A DNA stretch of 64,000 bases. Source: Octopus sinensis (Eukaryota). The translations under genes and the position numbers were made by a program. Of this stretch, positions 26,431 through 39,981 are shown piece after piece (positions within the stretch are counted from its first letter, which is position 1; every line of letters starts with the position of its first letter). Below the pieces are notes generated by a model. It was not told the origin of the DNA and made no database searches. It worked only from the letters and a program-made list of their open reading frames with translations. Where the stretch lies: contig NW_021825710.1 of the NCBI RefSeq assembly GCF_006345805.1, forward strand, positions 124,001-188,000, written 5' to 3'.

Positions 26431-28235
26431 AATACTACACATGAAAAAATCGATCTTACGTATTCATTAATCATAAAAGCAGATGTAATTTTTCTTTCTG
26501 AAATATTTCCTAAACTTTATCATATGGAAAAGTGTTTTAACCCACTATGTCTGCATGCCATAAAATAAAGAAGCACTTATTTAAACATGACAACAAAGGC
26601 TGTGTATAAAATTCAACGAGTTAATATCACAGTTTGGACATGTAGTGCAAAAGGTTGTCTAACAGATTTTGGTACCTGCCTGTATGTTAACACCTATTAA
26701 CTTCTGGTCAGGTCATTTTTGGTCATGCGTCGCAGATACATGATTTGTTCGTACAGATAATTTTGCATTAGTTATTCGCGTGCTGGCTATGCAAACTTCA
26801 AATAGCTACTGGTAGAAAACCATCCTATGACTTCTAACAATTTATCGTGCATTGTCAACCCCACCCCAAAAAAAAACAAGATGTAGACTAAGATGAATTT
26901 AACTGTTAATCTTCTATTTTCTTAATTGCCGTCCTTGCATAGCTAGATTATTGTATGTTAAGGAAAATAGCATTGAAACCTAATGCTATATCGGGATTTC
27001 CACATAACCGAGTTGAAGGCAGCACATAGCTCAGGGGTAATAGTTTGGCAACTGTTGACATATACTACAAAACAGTATGCTATACGAATGACAAAGACAG
27101 AATAAGATAAAAGAAGAGAACAGACATTTTACAAGAGAAAATTAAAACACAGAAACAGGTCAACCTACTTCAGAAAACATTTACCAACATTCACAGTAAT
27201 ACAAAATAACCATTGCTAAAAATTAAAAAATTAAAAAAAGGAAAATTAAAATGGATATTTAAAAGGCAAACAGAAAAGGAAGAACATCTAAAACTGTAAT
27301 TGTTTAAATAAATTTAAAATAAAAAGAACAAAAGGGGAATAATTCAAAAGGGCAAATGACTTTAGTTTTAATAATTACTAGCTTAAAAGCTAGTCATGAC
27401 AGACTAGTCCATGCAGACTTTTAAGCTAGTTCCTGTGGAGGGCTACTTGAGCCCATGGCTCCGAACAAAACAGAGCTAAATAGCATGACTATAATACGTC
27501 TATAATGACTATATTCCCCGGTGGTGTTTGAGCAGAGCATAAGAATTAATTCTGTAATGCAATCATTCTATTGTTCCAGTCCCAAGTTGAATTCCAACTG
27601 TTGGACAATTTGTCCCAAAGTTTTTATCTCGACATAAAATTAATTAAGTGAATGCCATTTATCTTCCCACTTGATTTCTGACGTCATTTGACAAACGGCA
27701 ACCAAGATGGCGTGAATCAGCCAAGCTTTATCTGCTAGAAATAGCAACCCAAATGCTTTTAAATAAGATCCCAATGCTGAATGTTCAAGAACCAAATGAA
27801 GGGCAGATTTTCAATCCCGGAATTATCCTGATTCCAAAAAGATGTAATATGTCTATGTAGAGCAAATGCAGATAGAAATACAGGTGTCCCCGACGGAGAG
27901 AATTTCGCTTTTATTATTATGTTTTGACATTATCTATTATTTCTATTATTATTTTTATTATTATTTATTATTATTTAAAAGGTAATGTACTGAACTCTAT
28001 ACGAAATAAATGATTAATTTATTGAAACTTCAATTAAAGATGGGGACAGAGAGAAACCTAGAGGCAATTTTTAAAGATTCTCACAAAAAAGTAAAGACAA
28101 CTTCAAGAAATTGACAATAAATCTCTAAGCTAAAGGACATGCATTGGGAAAGAGAAGTTTAAAGTTTTGCTCCAGGAAGGGAACAAATATGAACGCAATC
28201 TATTATATTAGACGGGAAAAGCGATAGTGAAATTG

Positions 28236-29700
28236 CCGTATGGAGTAGAATGGAATGTGACCAAATGAGGTTTATTTTTCAACACTCACTTCTTCCATCG
28301 GTGTTGCAGTGCTTCGATCCCATTGATGAAGAAGTTTTCATCTTGTTGCTCAAAAAAGTCAGCAGCAGATATGACGTCATCGTCACCGTGATACTGCTTA
28401 CAGTCATGTGTGTTTTCAAGATGACGATTAGATGAAGCCAAATCAAGAGAATAGGGAGGCTGATCAGTTCAACGCCACAGTCACGCACAGCAGCCATTGA
28501 AACCAACGACTTGTATGCTGGAGCATTGTCCAGGTGAAGCAAGATCCCTTTCATCAGTTTTCTTGGATGTTTGGTCTTGATAGACTTTCGCAACTGCCTC
28601 ACCAAGTTGGCATAGTACTCTCTGTTGGTGGTGTAGCCCTTTTGAAGATAGTCAATAAACACAATTCTTTTTGCTTCCCAAAAAACTGAGGCCATCACCT
28701 TCCCTGCAGATGAAATGACCTTAGCTTTCTTTGGAGCTGGTGAGGAGAGGTGTTTCCACTGCATGGATTGTTTCTTTGATTTTGGCTCAAAGTTATGAAC
28801 CCAACACTCATCGTAGGTCAGGAAACGTTCAAGGAAACCAACTGGATCAGCCTCAAATAATGTCAGATTTTTCCTTGATGTGATCAACCTTTTGATCAGG
28901 TGTCAGAAGATGTGACATCCACCCAACAGAACCTTTTGTCGGTGCTACTTTGGTATGCGATCTACGTGTCATGAAACTGCTTTGATATACAACCTACACT
29001 TTATATTGTGGTCTACAACAAGAAAAGTTATACTTATCAAGAACAGCTTTTCTAGCTGATGTTCGTTCGATTCATCGTTAAAATTAGTAAACTTATTTCA
29101 AATTTGCTTCATTCTAATTTTTTTTAATAATATATGTATAAAATGTACAAAAATTTTAATTATCTATTTTTTACTTTTCTAGCTGATGTTCGTTCGATTC
29201 GCCCATAAAATTAGTAAACTTGTTTCAAATTTGCTTCATTTTAATTTTTTTAAATAAATGTATGAAAATGTAAGAATACTTTATTTAAGCCATAATAAAT
29301 AAATGAAACATGTAGATCTCATACTAAAGTAGAATTTGACTCTTGTTGATCACGTTAGCTACGTAGATCGCATACCAAAGTAACACCCTTTCGTCAAGTT
29401 CATTGTGCAGAATATTCTTAACTTTATCACAGGATATGCTAATAGCCTTAGCTGTGTGATTTATAATCAATCACCTGTGAAACATCATCATGCTGTGAGC
29501 ACGATCAATGTTTTCCTCCATGGTGGTAGTTGCAAGATGTCTAGTCATTTTCAAGACTCTCCCTTCCTCTCTTAAATTCAACTGCCCACTTTTGCTCTGT
29601 TGATAAAACTATAGTATCATTCCCTAATGTAGCAATGATTTCAGTGTGAATACTCTTAGGAGCTAAACCGTTTTTCTGTCAAATTTGCCCATTTTCAAGA
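28236..29700 (-). mobile_element. Mariner transposase remnant, interrupted by a MITE
   Basis: 28279..28887: FLTYDECWVHNFEP, SAGKVMASVFW, LLHLDNAPAY; the N-terminal HTH part (KWAVEFKRGRESLEND) continues at 29388-29700. Confidence 0.85.
28941..29387. mobile_element. MITE with 27-bp GG-starting TIRs and an 8-bp TSD (Merlin-like)
   Basis: 28941-28967 vs 29361-29387 inverted, 26/27 match; flanks cttttgtc and ctttcgtc. Confidence 0.75.
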
Positions 29701-29739
29701 GAAGCTGCTATCAGTTCTCTTCTTCCTTCTATTCCTGTA

Positions 29740-30200
29740 AATAACCAATGGAATCCACAACTAGGTCCATTGGTCATTCCTCTTCGCCCATATCCACATT
29801 GAGCTCTTTTCATCAACATCAGATGAGCGTTTGATAGTAGCAGTTCTTCTGCGGCCTTTGATACCCAACTGCCCGAGTAGCCGACAGGTTGATGCAGCCA
29901 CGAATCCTCGCGATCTAACTTCAACTGGTTTCAGAGTACAATGGTAACCCTTACTCTCTAGCTGCTTTGCCAGCTCACCATATTTGCTCATCTCAAAGAT
30001 GTGCTCCTTTTCTATGCGGCTCTCGTATAATACTGACAATTCAATGAAAATCCTTTGAGCACCCTGTTCAGACCATAAGACGATGTCTGGTCTCAAACCA
30101 TTCTTGATGATGAACTCTGGGTAGTTCATGTGCTTCTCGCTGATGTCTGCAGTTATTTCCCAGGAATCTTCACGTCCAAGACCTAGTGGAAAGATATGCC
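29740..30200 (-). mobile_element. RLE LINE C-terminal fragment (HERO/NeSL-like)
   Basis: LRPDIVLWS...IFIELSVLYE...SKYGELA...PVEVRSRGF...LLGQLG in ORF 29761..30246. Confidence 0.75.
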
Positions 30201-30635
30201 TTAGCATGTCATGACCTTCGTTATTCAACTCTCCTAAAACTATCACAGTTAATGGCAGCAGTGTACATCATTACAGGATGGCATCATCATAATCCTGAAA
30301 AAGTTGCAGGAAGGATGAAATAACACTATAGTAATGTACACTGAAAGAGAGATCTTGGCAAATCGAGTTATAAATAAAGACTAGAAAAACAAACCATGTA
30401 CAATGATTGATAGATCATGCCTGACCGACAGAAACATATCAATCGAAGAAACTAAAAGACTTTCAAAACGAAAAAAGATCCAAAGACTCTTGTGACAAGA
30501 ATGTGGGATAGAATAGTTGTAAATTATTGTAATAGCAGCTTTGGGAGTGATAATGGACAACATTTCACGCAATAACTGCAAAAAAAGGTATTCTACCGAA
30601 TCTGCCATCCACCACCCTTAATAGTAACGAATATA

Positions 30636-31370
30636 TTGGGTTGTTCGGAAAGTTCGTGCCGATTTATAGTAGCTTACCTTTCGACTTATTTTAGAACATG
30701 GTTGAGTCCATAAAATAGGATTTGACTACACCTCCATTTAGAGCACAGTTTAAACTATCTTTTCGTGGAAGAAGGTTTATGTTCCTATAACCTGTGTTAA
30801 TTCTGTAACCCTTTAAAATGGATAAGAAAGTTCATTTTCGGCACTTGATGCTTTTCTTTTTCCGTAAAGGGAAAAATGCCTCACAAGCAACCAAAGAAAT
30901 ATGCGCAGTTTACGGTGATGTTTCTTTATCCGAAAGAACTGTACGGAAGTGGTTCGCAAGGTTCCGAGCTGGAGATTGTAGCCTTATTGATAAAGAGTGA
31001 TCAGGCTGACCATCCACTACAGGTGATGACCAAATCAAGTCAATAATTGAGAATAAACTACATTGCACAACCCTAGAATTAGCAGAAAGCCTCAACCTAT
31101 CAAAATCTGTCGTTCATGAGCACCTGGTAAAGCTTGGGTACACAAATCGCGACGATGTTTGAGTACCACATGAGTTGAGTGAAAAGAACCTTTTGGATCG
31201 CATTTCCATCTGTGATTCGCTTCGTAAACAGAATGAAAATGCGCCTTTTTTAAAGCAAATTGTGACAGGTGATGAGAAATGGGTTATCTACTGAAATGTT
31301 CAAAGAAAGCGATCCTGGAGTAAGTGACATGAGCTACCCTTAGCCATGTACCCATAACTACCCATAACTA
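30636..31370 (+). mobile_element. Mariner element, 5' TIR plus N-terminal half of the transposase, 3'-truncated
   Basis: TA then TTGGGTTGTTCGGAAAGTTCGTGCCGATTT; MDKKVHFRHLMLFFFRKG...TVRKWFARFRAGD; VPHELSEKN; IVTGDEKWV. Confidence 0.9.
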
Positions 31371-31389
31371 CCCAAAGCCATAACTACCC

Positions 31390-31556
31390 AAAGCGATCTC
31401 ACTATTTGATCGGTACTTTACTTTATCAACATCGGAAAGATAAGCGATGTTAAGCTCAGTGAGATTTGAACACAGCAACATAAATGAATACAACTGAATG
31501 ATTACAACACAGTTTAATTGGCCGTTCTAACAACTCTACTAATCCACCGGCCTTAA
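31390..31556 (-). mobile_element. Old decayed SINE
   Basis: Weak similarity to 16140-16300. Confidence 0.35.
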
Positions 31557-32173
31557 CCTGCAGAAAATAATAAATAATAATCGACGGAAATATATTTAAA
31601 AACTGACTTCACTGTATTTGACATTTAAATACTTCCAGCTGATTCATTTGATGTTCAAACTTTACTGATGTTGTTTGCTCCCTTTCTCCAAATAGTTCCA
31701 CACATTTGTACCAACTAGAATTGCATATATGCAAGAAACAGAGATGTTTATTGCATTCTATACAGATTAGAACTAAAAAATTTAGGAGACAGGAAGAATC
31801 GGGCAATTAAAGTAGTCAGATAAAGGAATAGCGTTCAGAAAATAAGGAATATAGGGGTCGGAGAATGAAGCGGGTAATAAAGATATGACTGAATGGAAAA
31901 TTAGAGACAGTTGTGAAAGAAAAGGACTACAGAAGAAAAAGAATGAATGTGAGTAGAAAAGAGTGTAAGAGGAATGAGATGGGATTGGTATAAAAAAAAA
32001 GAAAGGCAAGGAAAAAGATAATCAGTGAAATGTAAGTGAAGGAAAGGGAGATTGGTATAAAGGAAGGAAGAGAGGAGTGAGACAGGATAGGTTAAGGAAT
32101 GGATGTTTGTGAGCGTATGTTTATGAGTGCTTACAACATACGTTTTATTGAGCTATATTATATCACTGTAGAT

Positions 32174-35100
32174 CAATGTTACCCAAACTTTTCGCGCCAA
32201 ATTGCAATATCGCCCACATATCGGCCAAAAAATGTTCCATCGCCCACCTATGTGAAAAAAAAACCTTGACACAACCCCACCAACACAAAATCCCCCAGCG
32301 CTCCCCCACTCCCTGTATCATTTGATACACACATTATATCGTAGACTTGTTGCCCTGTTAGTGCTGTTTGTACTAAATATGCAGTTGTTTACAAATCCCT
32401 TATTATGGGTTTAGTTTTGCCATTAGTGTCAATAAAATTCTAACATTAACTCTGTATTTTTCAGAGAGATTGACTTCTGGAAACTTGCGCTTTCTTTTAC
32501 ACTGATTTTCCTTTTCCCTAAATGAGCCATTGATCAGAACTACCAATGCAAAAATAATTAATGATTGTTTTATAAAGGAAAAGAATAAAACTTCTTAATG
32601 AGAACCATGTGTCTGGTGCGATGCAGCTAGTGCAGATACATTCGGTTTCAAACTTGTCAACTTTAGCTGCAAGTCTCCTCGTTCTGTCACATCCAGTCCA
32701 ATTCTGTGGTGGGAAAGTAAAGTTCCAACATGGTTAAAACCAGATTCAACCAAGTATGAGGAAGTGAAGGCAAGCAAAAGTAGTTCCAGATATTTCCACA
32801 GATTCGGGTAGGAATTCAATATACTCTGATGGTACCACAAACTTTCTTTGCCATTACGGCGATATCGCATTGTGGTATCATTGTCATTTTGTAATGCTAT
32901 CAATTCCTCCTGAACGTCATCCTCGCAATCGACTGCATCGATCTCGAACGGTTTGCTATTCCAATTTGGAATATTCAGTGCAATAACATCTTGATATCGC
33001 TTCATCATGTTATCATGCAATGATTGTGATATGTAGTTAAATTTTCATCAACTAATTCATCTTTCAAAGAAACAAGTTGTGGAAATTGATGGAATTGACG
33101 TTTTGAAATGTTAATCATATACAACCCCAATTTCTCAATGAAGGTAGTGATGAATGATTTACAATCAACGAGAGCTTTTTTATTTCCTTGCAATAACTTA
33201 TTCAAATCATTTAATTTTGTGAATATATCACAAAGAAAAAAGATATCGCACCTTGCAGCCATCAATGAAGCGGATAGTGGAGTATCTTCAACGAAAGATA
33301 TGATTATATGAAACAGTTCAACAAAGCGCAAAACACAGTTTCCTTTTGAAAGCCACCGCACTTCGGTAGGATATAAGAGTTTAGTATGGTCCTCATCATT
33401 TCACAGACAGAGTTGACGGAAAATTCTATCTGACAAGTGACTGGACTTCAATTTGTTCACAGTCTTGATAACTAACTGTAGCGCATCATTCAACCTACCG
33501 TTCACAGTTTTGCCACTACATGCTGCCGGTGTGCCAATCAATGAACAGTTAGCATCTGGTGGGAAATTTCAAGCCTATCATCGAAGGGGTTCCATCAGAC
33601 GCACAAGCAAGAATATTACTGAGTGGGATATTATGTTCAAAAAGGCAAGACTTGCGAGCGTGAAAAATCAAGCGGCAAATTCTGTGAACAGCATTTCCTC
33701 ACAAGGTTGAAGGTCTTCGATGAAATACCGAACATATACCATCATCAAACATTGATTGTCCACAACAGTTGATTCATCCACTTGTATAGAAAATTCAGAA
33801 CGCTGGAGAATATTAATGAGCTGATGTTTGACATCATTGGCCATTTTATTGATGCTTCGAGAAATTGTGTTATTACTATGTGGGATCTTCTTCATAATGT
33901 TATTGGGTTTTTCGTGCATAACGGTTGACAAAACCTCTTCGATAACTAGGAGAAGTAATGTTTCTCCAATTATGAGAAAATTCCCAGACTTAGCAACAAG
34001 CAATGCAATGTTACTAAGTAATGTAATCAACCCGTCATTCTCCTGATTACAATGTAATCAACCCGTCATTCTCCTGATTACAATGCAATCAACCCGTCAT
34101 TCTCCTGTTTACTAGTTTCCTGGAGTAGCGTGTTGAATGTTTGTATTTACTGTTTGAAAGAAGAGCTCAGTTGCAAAAAGTATGATAACGACTTGTCCTT
34201 CTTCTCAGAATGCTTTGCATCAAAGTGATACTTCAAGTGTGAAGGTTTCGTGGCTTTGTTGGTCAATGTTTGATGTCAAAGAAGGCACCTAGGTAACTGA
34301 CAGTGCTGAGGAGAGGGAATAAATCCAAACAATAAATAATCACTACTATACTGTCGACAAATTTTCTTGACTGCAGGCATCAGTAAAGGGAAAATGTGAA
34401 AACGAATTTCTACAGATGGCATCAGAAAGGCAGTATGGTATTTCCAAAGAGAAGAAGTCAATAGAGCAGAGTCAGATAACACGTATTTACTGAAGCAAAT
34501 ACGGATCTAGTTCGTTTGACTGCCAGCATTTCGAAAATTAAAGTTTATCGAAAATTTTAAAAGTCGGCCCATTAAACTGCTAAATTGCTGGAGTTATTCA
34601 ACTTTTTCCAGAAAAATGTTTTTAAAAAGTTATAGATGTTTAAAGTTTGATCATTTTTCACCCAGTCAAGAAACACGATTACAAAGCTGTCGTTTTGTGC
34701 CTGACTGCACATTTTGTCAACATCCTGAAAATAGCACTTGTGTTTTGATATGAAACCACAGAATTACACACGACATATAATCCCTTATAGCTATTTTTTC
34801 GGAGTTTCCAGGAATTTTTTGCGAATTTGAATTCTATACGCGGGACTTCGTACGATTATACCAAAAAAATTTGTAGTGTGGTGTGATTTAAGGCCTAGGC
34901 CTATTTGGCTGCTATCTCTAGCACGCATGACAACCATCTCAATGATTGCGGCAGAAATATTCGATCGATAAACAAGTCCACGTTTGTAATACTCATGCGA
35001 GTAGTCAAATCGATAAAAGTGCATCCTTATTTAGGCATGCCTAGATATCAGTAAATGTAGATTTAATTTCTAAAACTTCATTGTCATCCACAAAATGTTC

Positions 35101-35195
35101 ATATCGCCCGCCAAAGTCTCAAATCGCCCACCATATTCAAGAAATTCGCCCATCGCTCACTTGTAAGTTGAAATCGTCCACTTTGGGAAGCTATG
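32174..35195 (-). mobile_element. hAT (Buster/Charlie type) DNA transposon, decayed
   Basis: Pieces 34276..34482, 33668..34030 (IGETLLL, SNNTISRSI, FSIQVDEST), 33005..33361 (RWLSKGNCVLRF) and 32595..33020 (SSYLVESGF, dimerisation domain); termini caatgttacccaaac and tttgggaagctatg; repeated ATCGCCC subterminal motifs; no clear TSD. Confidence 0.85.
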
Positions 35196-36643
35196 ATTAT
35201 GAGACAGAAATGATCTGGTCAGCTTTTTACCTCAGTTTTCTACAAAGGTTATAGTTTCTATGTGGACAGCAATCTCATAGACAAGCATCTTTTCCTGTTG
35301 GATAACTAATACTCCGAAAAACCACCAATCTATAACTCCTTCGGGCTTATGCTTAGCACTAGCAACCAGCGTTATCAATTATATTACCGTTGAATTGTGT
35401 GTGCGTGTGTGTGTGTGCGCGCGCGCGTGTGTATTACATTATACTAGCAATGCATCCCAGCGCTGCCCGAGTGTTATGACGTACATCCACATTGTATTAT
35501 TTGTTCATTTATTATGAGCAGAATCGACACACGGGGAATATGAAGCGAATAATTCTTCTTTATAAACATGTTTTTCGGTCATTTTCTGATGAACAATGCT
35601 GAATTTTTTGACGCCAAAAACATGTAGAATAGCAGCTTAAATTAGAATGAAATCCTAACAGTACCCTCAAAATTACCTAAAAATTGTGTGACTGAGCCTC
35701 CTTTGGTGTTAATTTTTGTAATAAAATAGGGTTGCTGTACAAAAAACTTACTTTACCCTGGTAGCCGAAAGATTGCTCAATCTTTTGATATCTGACACAG
35801 CAATATTAGCAACTCATTTTCATGGCTACAAATCGGATAATGTAGAAGCTGAAATAGTTCTTACCCATCCCATAATATTTGTTGATAACTGTGAACCACA
35901 CACATAGACAGTTTCCCCAATGAAAATGCCATGTTCAAAAGTATTATGGTTTTCTGCAAGCATATTTTGTATCAGTTTGAATCAATATTGAAGCCAACAG
36001 AATAAAAAAGGGGGTTTTGGGACTGTGTGTATATGTACATATGCGTGTGTATACATAAATTTCACCAGAAAATCGGATATGCTAGAAGCAATAGGTGAAC
36101 GACATTATTTCTGAAGAAACTTCCCCGTTTTCCAAAAAGCTAAAAGTGAAACATTGGGAGTTTGTAGCTTTTTGAAAGTAGTGAGGTGATGAGTGGACGT
36201 TTAGGAGTGAGATTTTAGTTGTTTCTTTAATAAAAAAGAAAGAAGAAAATTCTTGAAGATTCGCACGCTTTGTTTTTTTTTTCTTCGTATATTACCAAGA
36301 AAAAATTTCAGAAAAGGTAAAACAATGAAAAAAATTGGGATGGGGAGGGAGAAAATTGAATATTTGAGAACTTGTTTTTTGGGGCGAAATCCTAATCTCC
36401 TCTGTCGAAAACATAGGAATCGAAAGAAATTTAGGAAATAAAATAATGTGGATACGCAGATGTCACTTCGGACATGTTAGAAACAACAGGTAAAGGACAG
36501 GATTTCTGGGAGAACATCCTTTCAAGTTTATATTGGAGATCAGGTTTTAAATACGCTCATCACAAACACGAGTTACAGAATAGAGAAAGGACATTTCAAT
36601 TGGATTTGAGCGTGGACGCAGCAAGAAATAACATAATTCGTAC

Positions 36644-36790
<147 letters not shown>

Positions 36791-37481
36791 ACACATAAAT
36801 ATTGTATTAAAATAAGTTATCTTTACAGACCATGTTTGGAATTATCTATATAATTGATAGCAAAGTGTGGAAAAAATTAAATGAAATCCAGGTTTAGTAA
36901 TATATCGATGAAGTTAGTTGTAGCATGTTGCTAACAACATAGTGTCTCCATACATTATAATGAGAAATTGAAAGAGAGAGATAATTACCACTGTCACCCC
37001 TACATAGTTGTTGGTGGTTTAACAATCATGAGTGAAGTCTAATTTTGGAAGTATTGGTTAAGTTTATCATCTTTTGGACTGAAGAAATGTATGTAAAAAT
37101 TACTGGTATTTCAGTAGAATTCTACGCATGCGTAAAACATCGGACGAAAGTGAAACATGAGAAACAAATCAAAATATTGCCCGAAAATCAACTCAAAATT
37201 TAGCGACCCGACCTCGATTTTCGTGGTTATTTTAGAAGTAAAAAAGAGTTGTTGTGCTGAAATCATACTTTATTTAGTAACCGAAAGATTACTGAATCTT
37301 TTGATACCTTTTGAAAATCGGCAACTCAGTTTTCGAATCCATAAGGATATATGTGTCTCTGTATAGATGCATTTGCGTGTATGTGTACACATAGATATTC
37401 ATATACATATAAATATAGATATATACATATTTAGAGAAAGTGACCAGTAAGATGTATGTGAACATCATAAATAAATGCACA

Positions 37482-37848
37482 GGCGCGAGAGAGGCTGTGG
37501 CAAAGAAGCTTGCTTTCCAACCACATGGTTCCGGGTCCAATCCCATTGCGTCTTCTACTATAGCCTCGGACCAACCAAAGACTTGTGAGTGGCTTTGGTA
37601 GACGGAAATTGAAAAAAGCCTGTTGTGTGTGGGTATGTGTATGTGTCTGTCCCCTTACCACCGGTGTTGGTGTGTTTACGTACCCGTAATTAGCGGCTCG
37701 GCAAAAGAAACCGATAGAATAAGTACCAGGGTTAACAAAATTAAGTACTGGGGTCGATTCATTCGGCTAAAATCAATACTTCAAGGTGGTGCCGCAGTAT
37801 GGCAGCATGACTGAGACAGTATGGCAGTATGACTGAGACAAGTAAAAG
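37482..37848 (+). mobile_element. tRNA-derived SINE with an internal (GT)n and a CR1-like tail
   Basis: Collinear with 53257-53705. Confidence 0.85.
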
Positions 37849-38082
37849 ATATCAAATATCATACAACATAATTTCGTGACTTAAAATTATCTCCACACCT
37901 ACAATTAAGACCAGGTCCACTTGAGAAGGGAAGATAATCTCAAGAACCAAGAATTCTCCAAAATTGGTAAGCCTTTAAAGAAAGGATAAGTGAGAAAAGG
38001 GTAAGTGGAGATAAGATGACAGTCGTGACAGGTCTTTCTGCCTCAACAGCACGTCAAGTGTCCACTCTCTCTCTCCCTCTCT

Positions 38083-38163
<81 letters not shown>

Positions 38164-39639
38164 ATGATCGGTCGTGTTATTCTTTGCTCCGCAGTGAAAG
38201 ATTGTTTTTGGGCTGAAAAGTTTGAAAATTTGCTGTTTTGGTCGTCGAGGCCACTTCTTTTCTGCTGTTGCAGCAGAGTTTTGCTGTTCTTTCCCCCTTG
38301 TTTCAAGGGGGAAGCGACGAAAAACATGAATTTGCCACCAATCTCCTCCGAGTCGGAGGAAAACGTTGAAAATTTGTTTGAAGGCATGAAGGCGAAAATG
38401 TGGGAGGAGGAAGGTAAAAGTAAAGAGACGTCTCACGCGCTCGTTACAAAAGCAGACGACAATATGTCTGACGAAGCTACTACACAACAGGAAAAGTCAA
38501 AAATAAATTTTGCGAGTGCAGCAACTCGCCCCTGTGAAAACATCGTTATTAACAAAGAAGGATTAAAGAAGTACCAAAGTTTATTAAAAAAAGAAGGTGA
38601 TAATGTGAAGTTGTTCCCTCCCAATGAATTAATTTACGCGACGGAGAGAAAAACTGTCATATACAAGACATATAATGTGAAAAATAAGAAAATTGACTTC
38701 GTGCAGAGAGAAGCCATAGAAAAATGTTTGAGGCCGATATGGCAACAAACTACTTATATAACGAGGGGTAGTCGCTTCGGCACGGTAGAGGTGCGTTTCC
38801 CTAGCGAAGAAAAAGCTAGGGAACATTCAACAAGAACGTTGAAGTCGGAAGATGTAGTTCTCCTACCTTTTTATTTAGGAATGAGAACTTCCAGAATAAC
38901 GGTCACAGACATTCCTCCCGAAATAGATGTGGACTTTATCATAGCAGCGATTCTCTTAGGCAAAGAGGAAGAAATTGCCATTCTTCAGTCTAAGAGATAT
39001 CGCCCCATGAACTGGTATGGACAAGACTTAGAGCTTGTGATCCAAGCAAAACCCTCGGACTTGGAAAAATTGCCAAGCTCCCTCACCATTGGAGATAATA
39101 CCAGCTTGATGGTAATAGTCGAGGGAAGAAAACCTAGGTGTTATAAATGTGGCGAGAAAGGCCACATAAGGTCGAGCTGCAAGAAGACAGCCAAAGAAAA
39201 TACTGCAGAGGCAAGCACGACGCCGAAAACAAACACTACACCGCTAGAAATAGCAGCCACGTCACGCACCCCAATTGCCGAAGTTCAGCCGACAACGGGA
39301 GAAAACAACAACAACAACGACAACAACAACAACAACGATGAAAACAACAACAACAACATCCAGGAGTGGGTCACCATAGAACCTTCAAAAAGAAGGCGGA
39401 AACGGAAAAATCCACCCTCTTCGGATACACAGGACTATGCTCCGAGACAGACAAGCACACCCACACCCACAAATACAGTCGCAAACACACACGTAGCCAA
39501 AAAAACACACACTGGAAAAAGCACACACAAACACACACACACCTACCACAAGCACACACACACACCTACAAACACCCACGATTCTACAAGCACACACACA
39601 CCCACAAACACACACACACACCCCTCCACAATCGCCTAA
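38164..39639 (+). CDS. Tx1-type ORF1p (RRM-like region + CCHC zinc knuckle), open frame
   Basis: 491-aa ORF with CYKCGEKGHIRSSC; the true start may be a later ATG (MNLPP, 38326). Confidence 0.85.
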   Translation: MIGRVILCSAVKDCFWAEKFENLLFWSSRPLLFCCCSRVLLFFPPCFKGEATKNMNLPPISSESEENVENLFEGMKAKMWEEEGKSKETSHALVTKADDNMSDEATTQQEKSKINFASAATRPCENIVINKEGLKKYQSLLKKEGDNVKLFPPNELIYATERKTVIYKTYNVKNKKIDFVQREAIEKCLRPIWQQTTYITRGSRFGTVEVRFPSEEKAREHSTRTLKSEDVVLLPFYLGMRTSRITVTDIPPEIDVDFIIAAILLGKEEEIAILQSKRYRPMNWYGQDLELVIQAKPSDLEKLPSSLTIGDNTSLMVIVEGRKPRCYKCGEKGHIRSSCKKTAKENTAEASTTPKTNTTPLEIAATSRTPIAEVQPTTGENNNNNDNNNNNDENNNNNIQEWVTIEPSKRRRKRKNPPSSDTQDYAPRQTSTPTPTNTVANTHVAKKTHTGKSTHKHTHTYHKHTHTPTNTHDSTSTHTPTNTHTHPSTIA

Positions 39640-39981
39640 CAAAAAAAAAGAAATACCCTCACGGCGATAAATAAAAACAATAACCCATTAAGAGAAAAAA
39701 TTATTTTAATGAAATCGGCGAAAAAATATATCGTAACAGATATAAATAGTACTATTTCTGAAAATGTCGAATTTTATACAATAGATAACGCTGATTATTT
39801 TGAAATAAAAAATCTTTTGCGGAGGACGTCGGCCCGTTACAGATGAACTTTTCGAGCCATCTGTACAGGCAATTCGCAAAAAAACTGACCTCGCAAAACA
39901 CAACACTCACAGACAGAAAAGAGGAGGGTGAAACTACACCCTCTCTTCCGTTAAAACAGTAAGTTTTAAACTTTCGACTAA

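Noticed and set aside
37916-37967. Host exon (VHLRREDNLKNQEFSKI followed by GTAAG)
   Set aside because: Weak acceptor, no recognisable homology and no partner exons.
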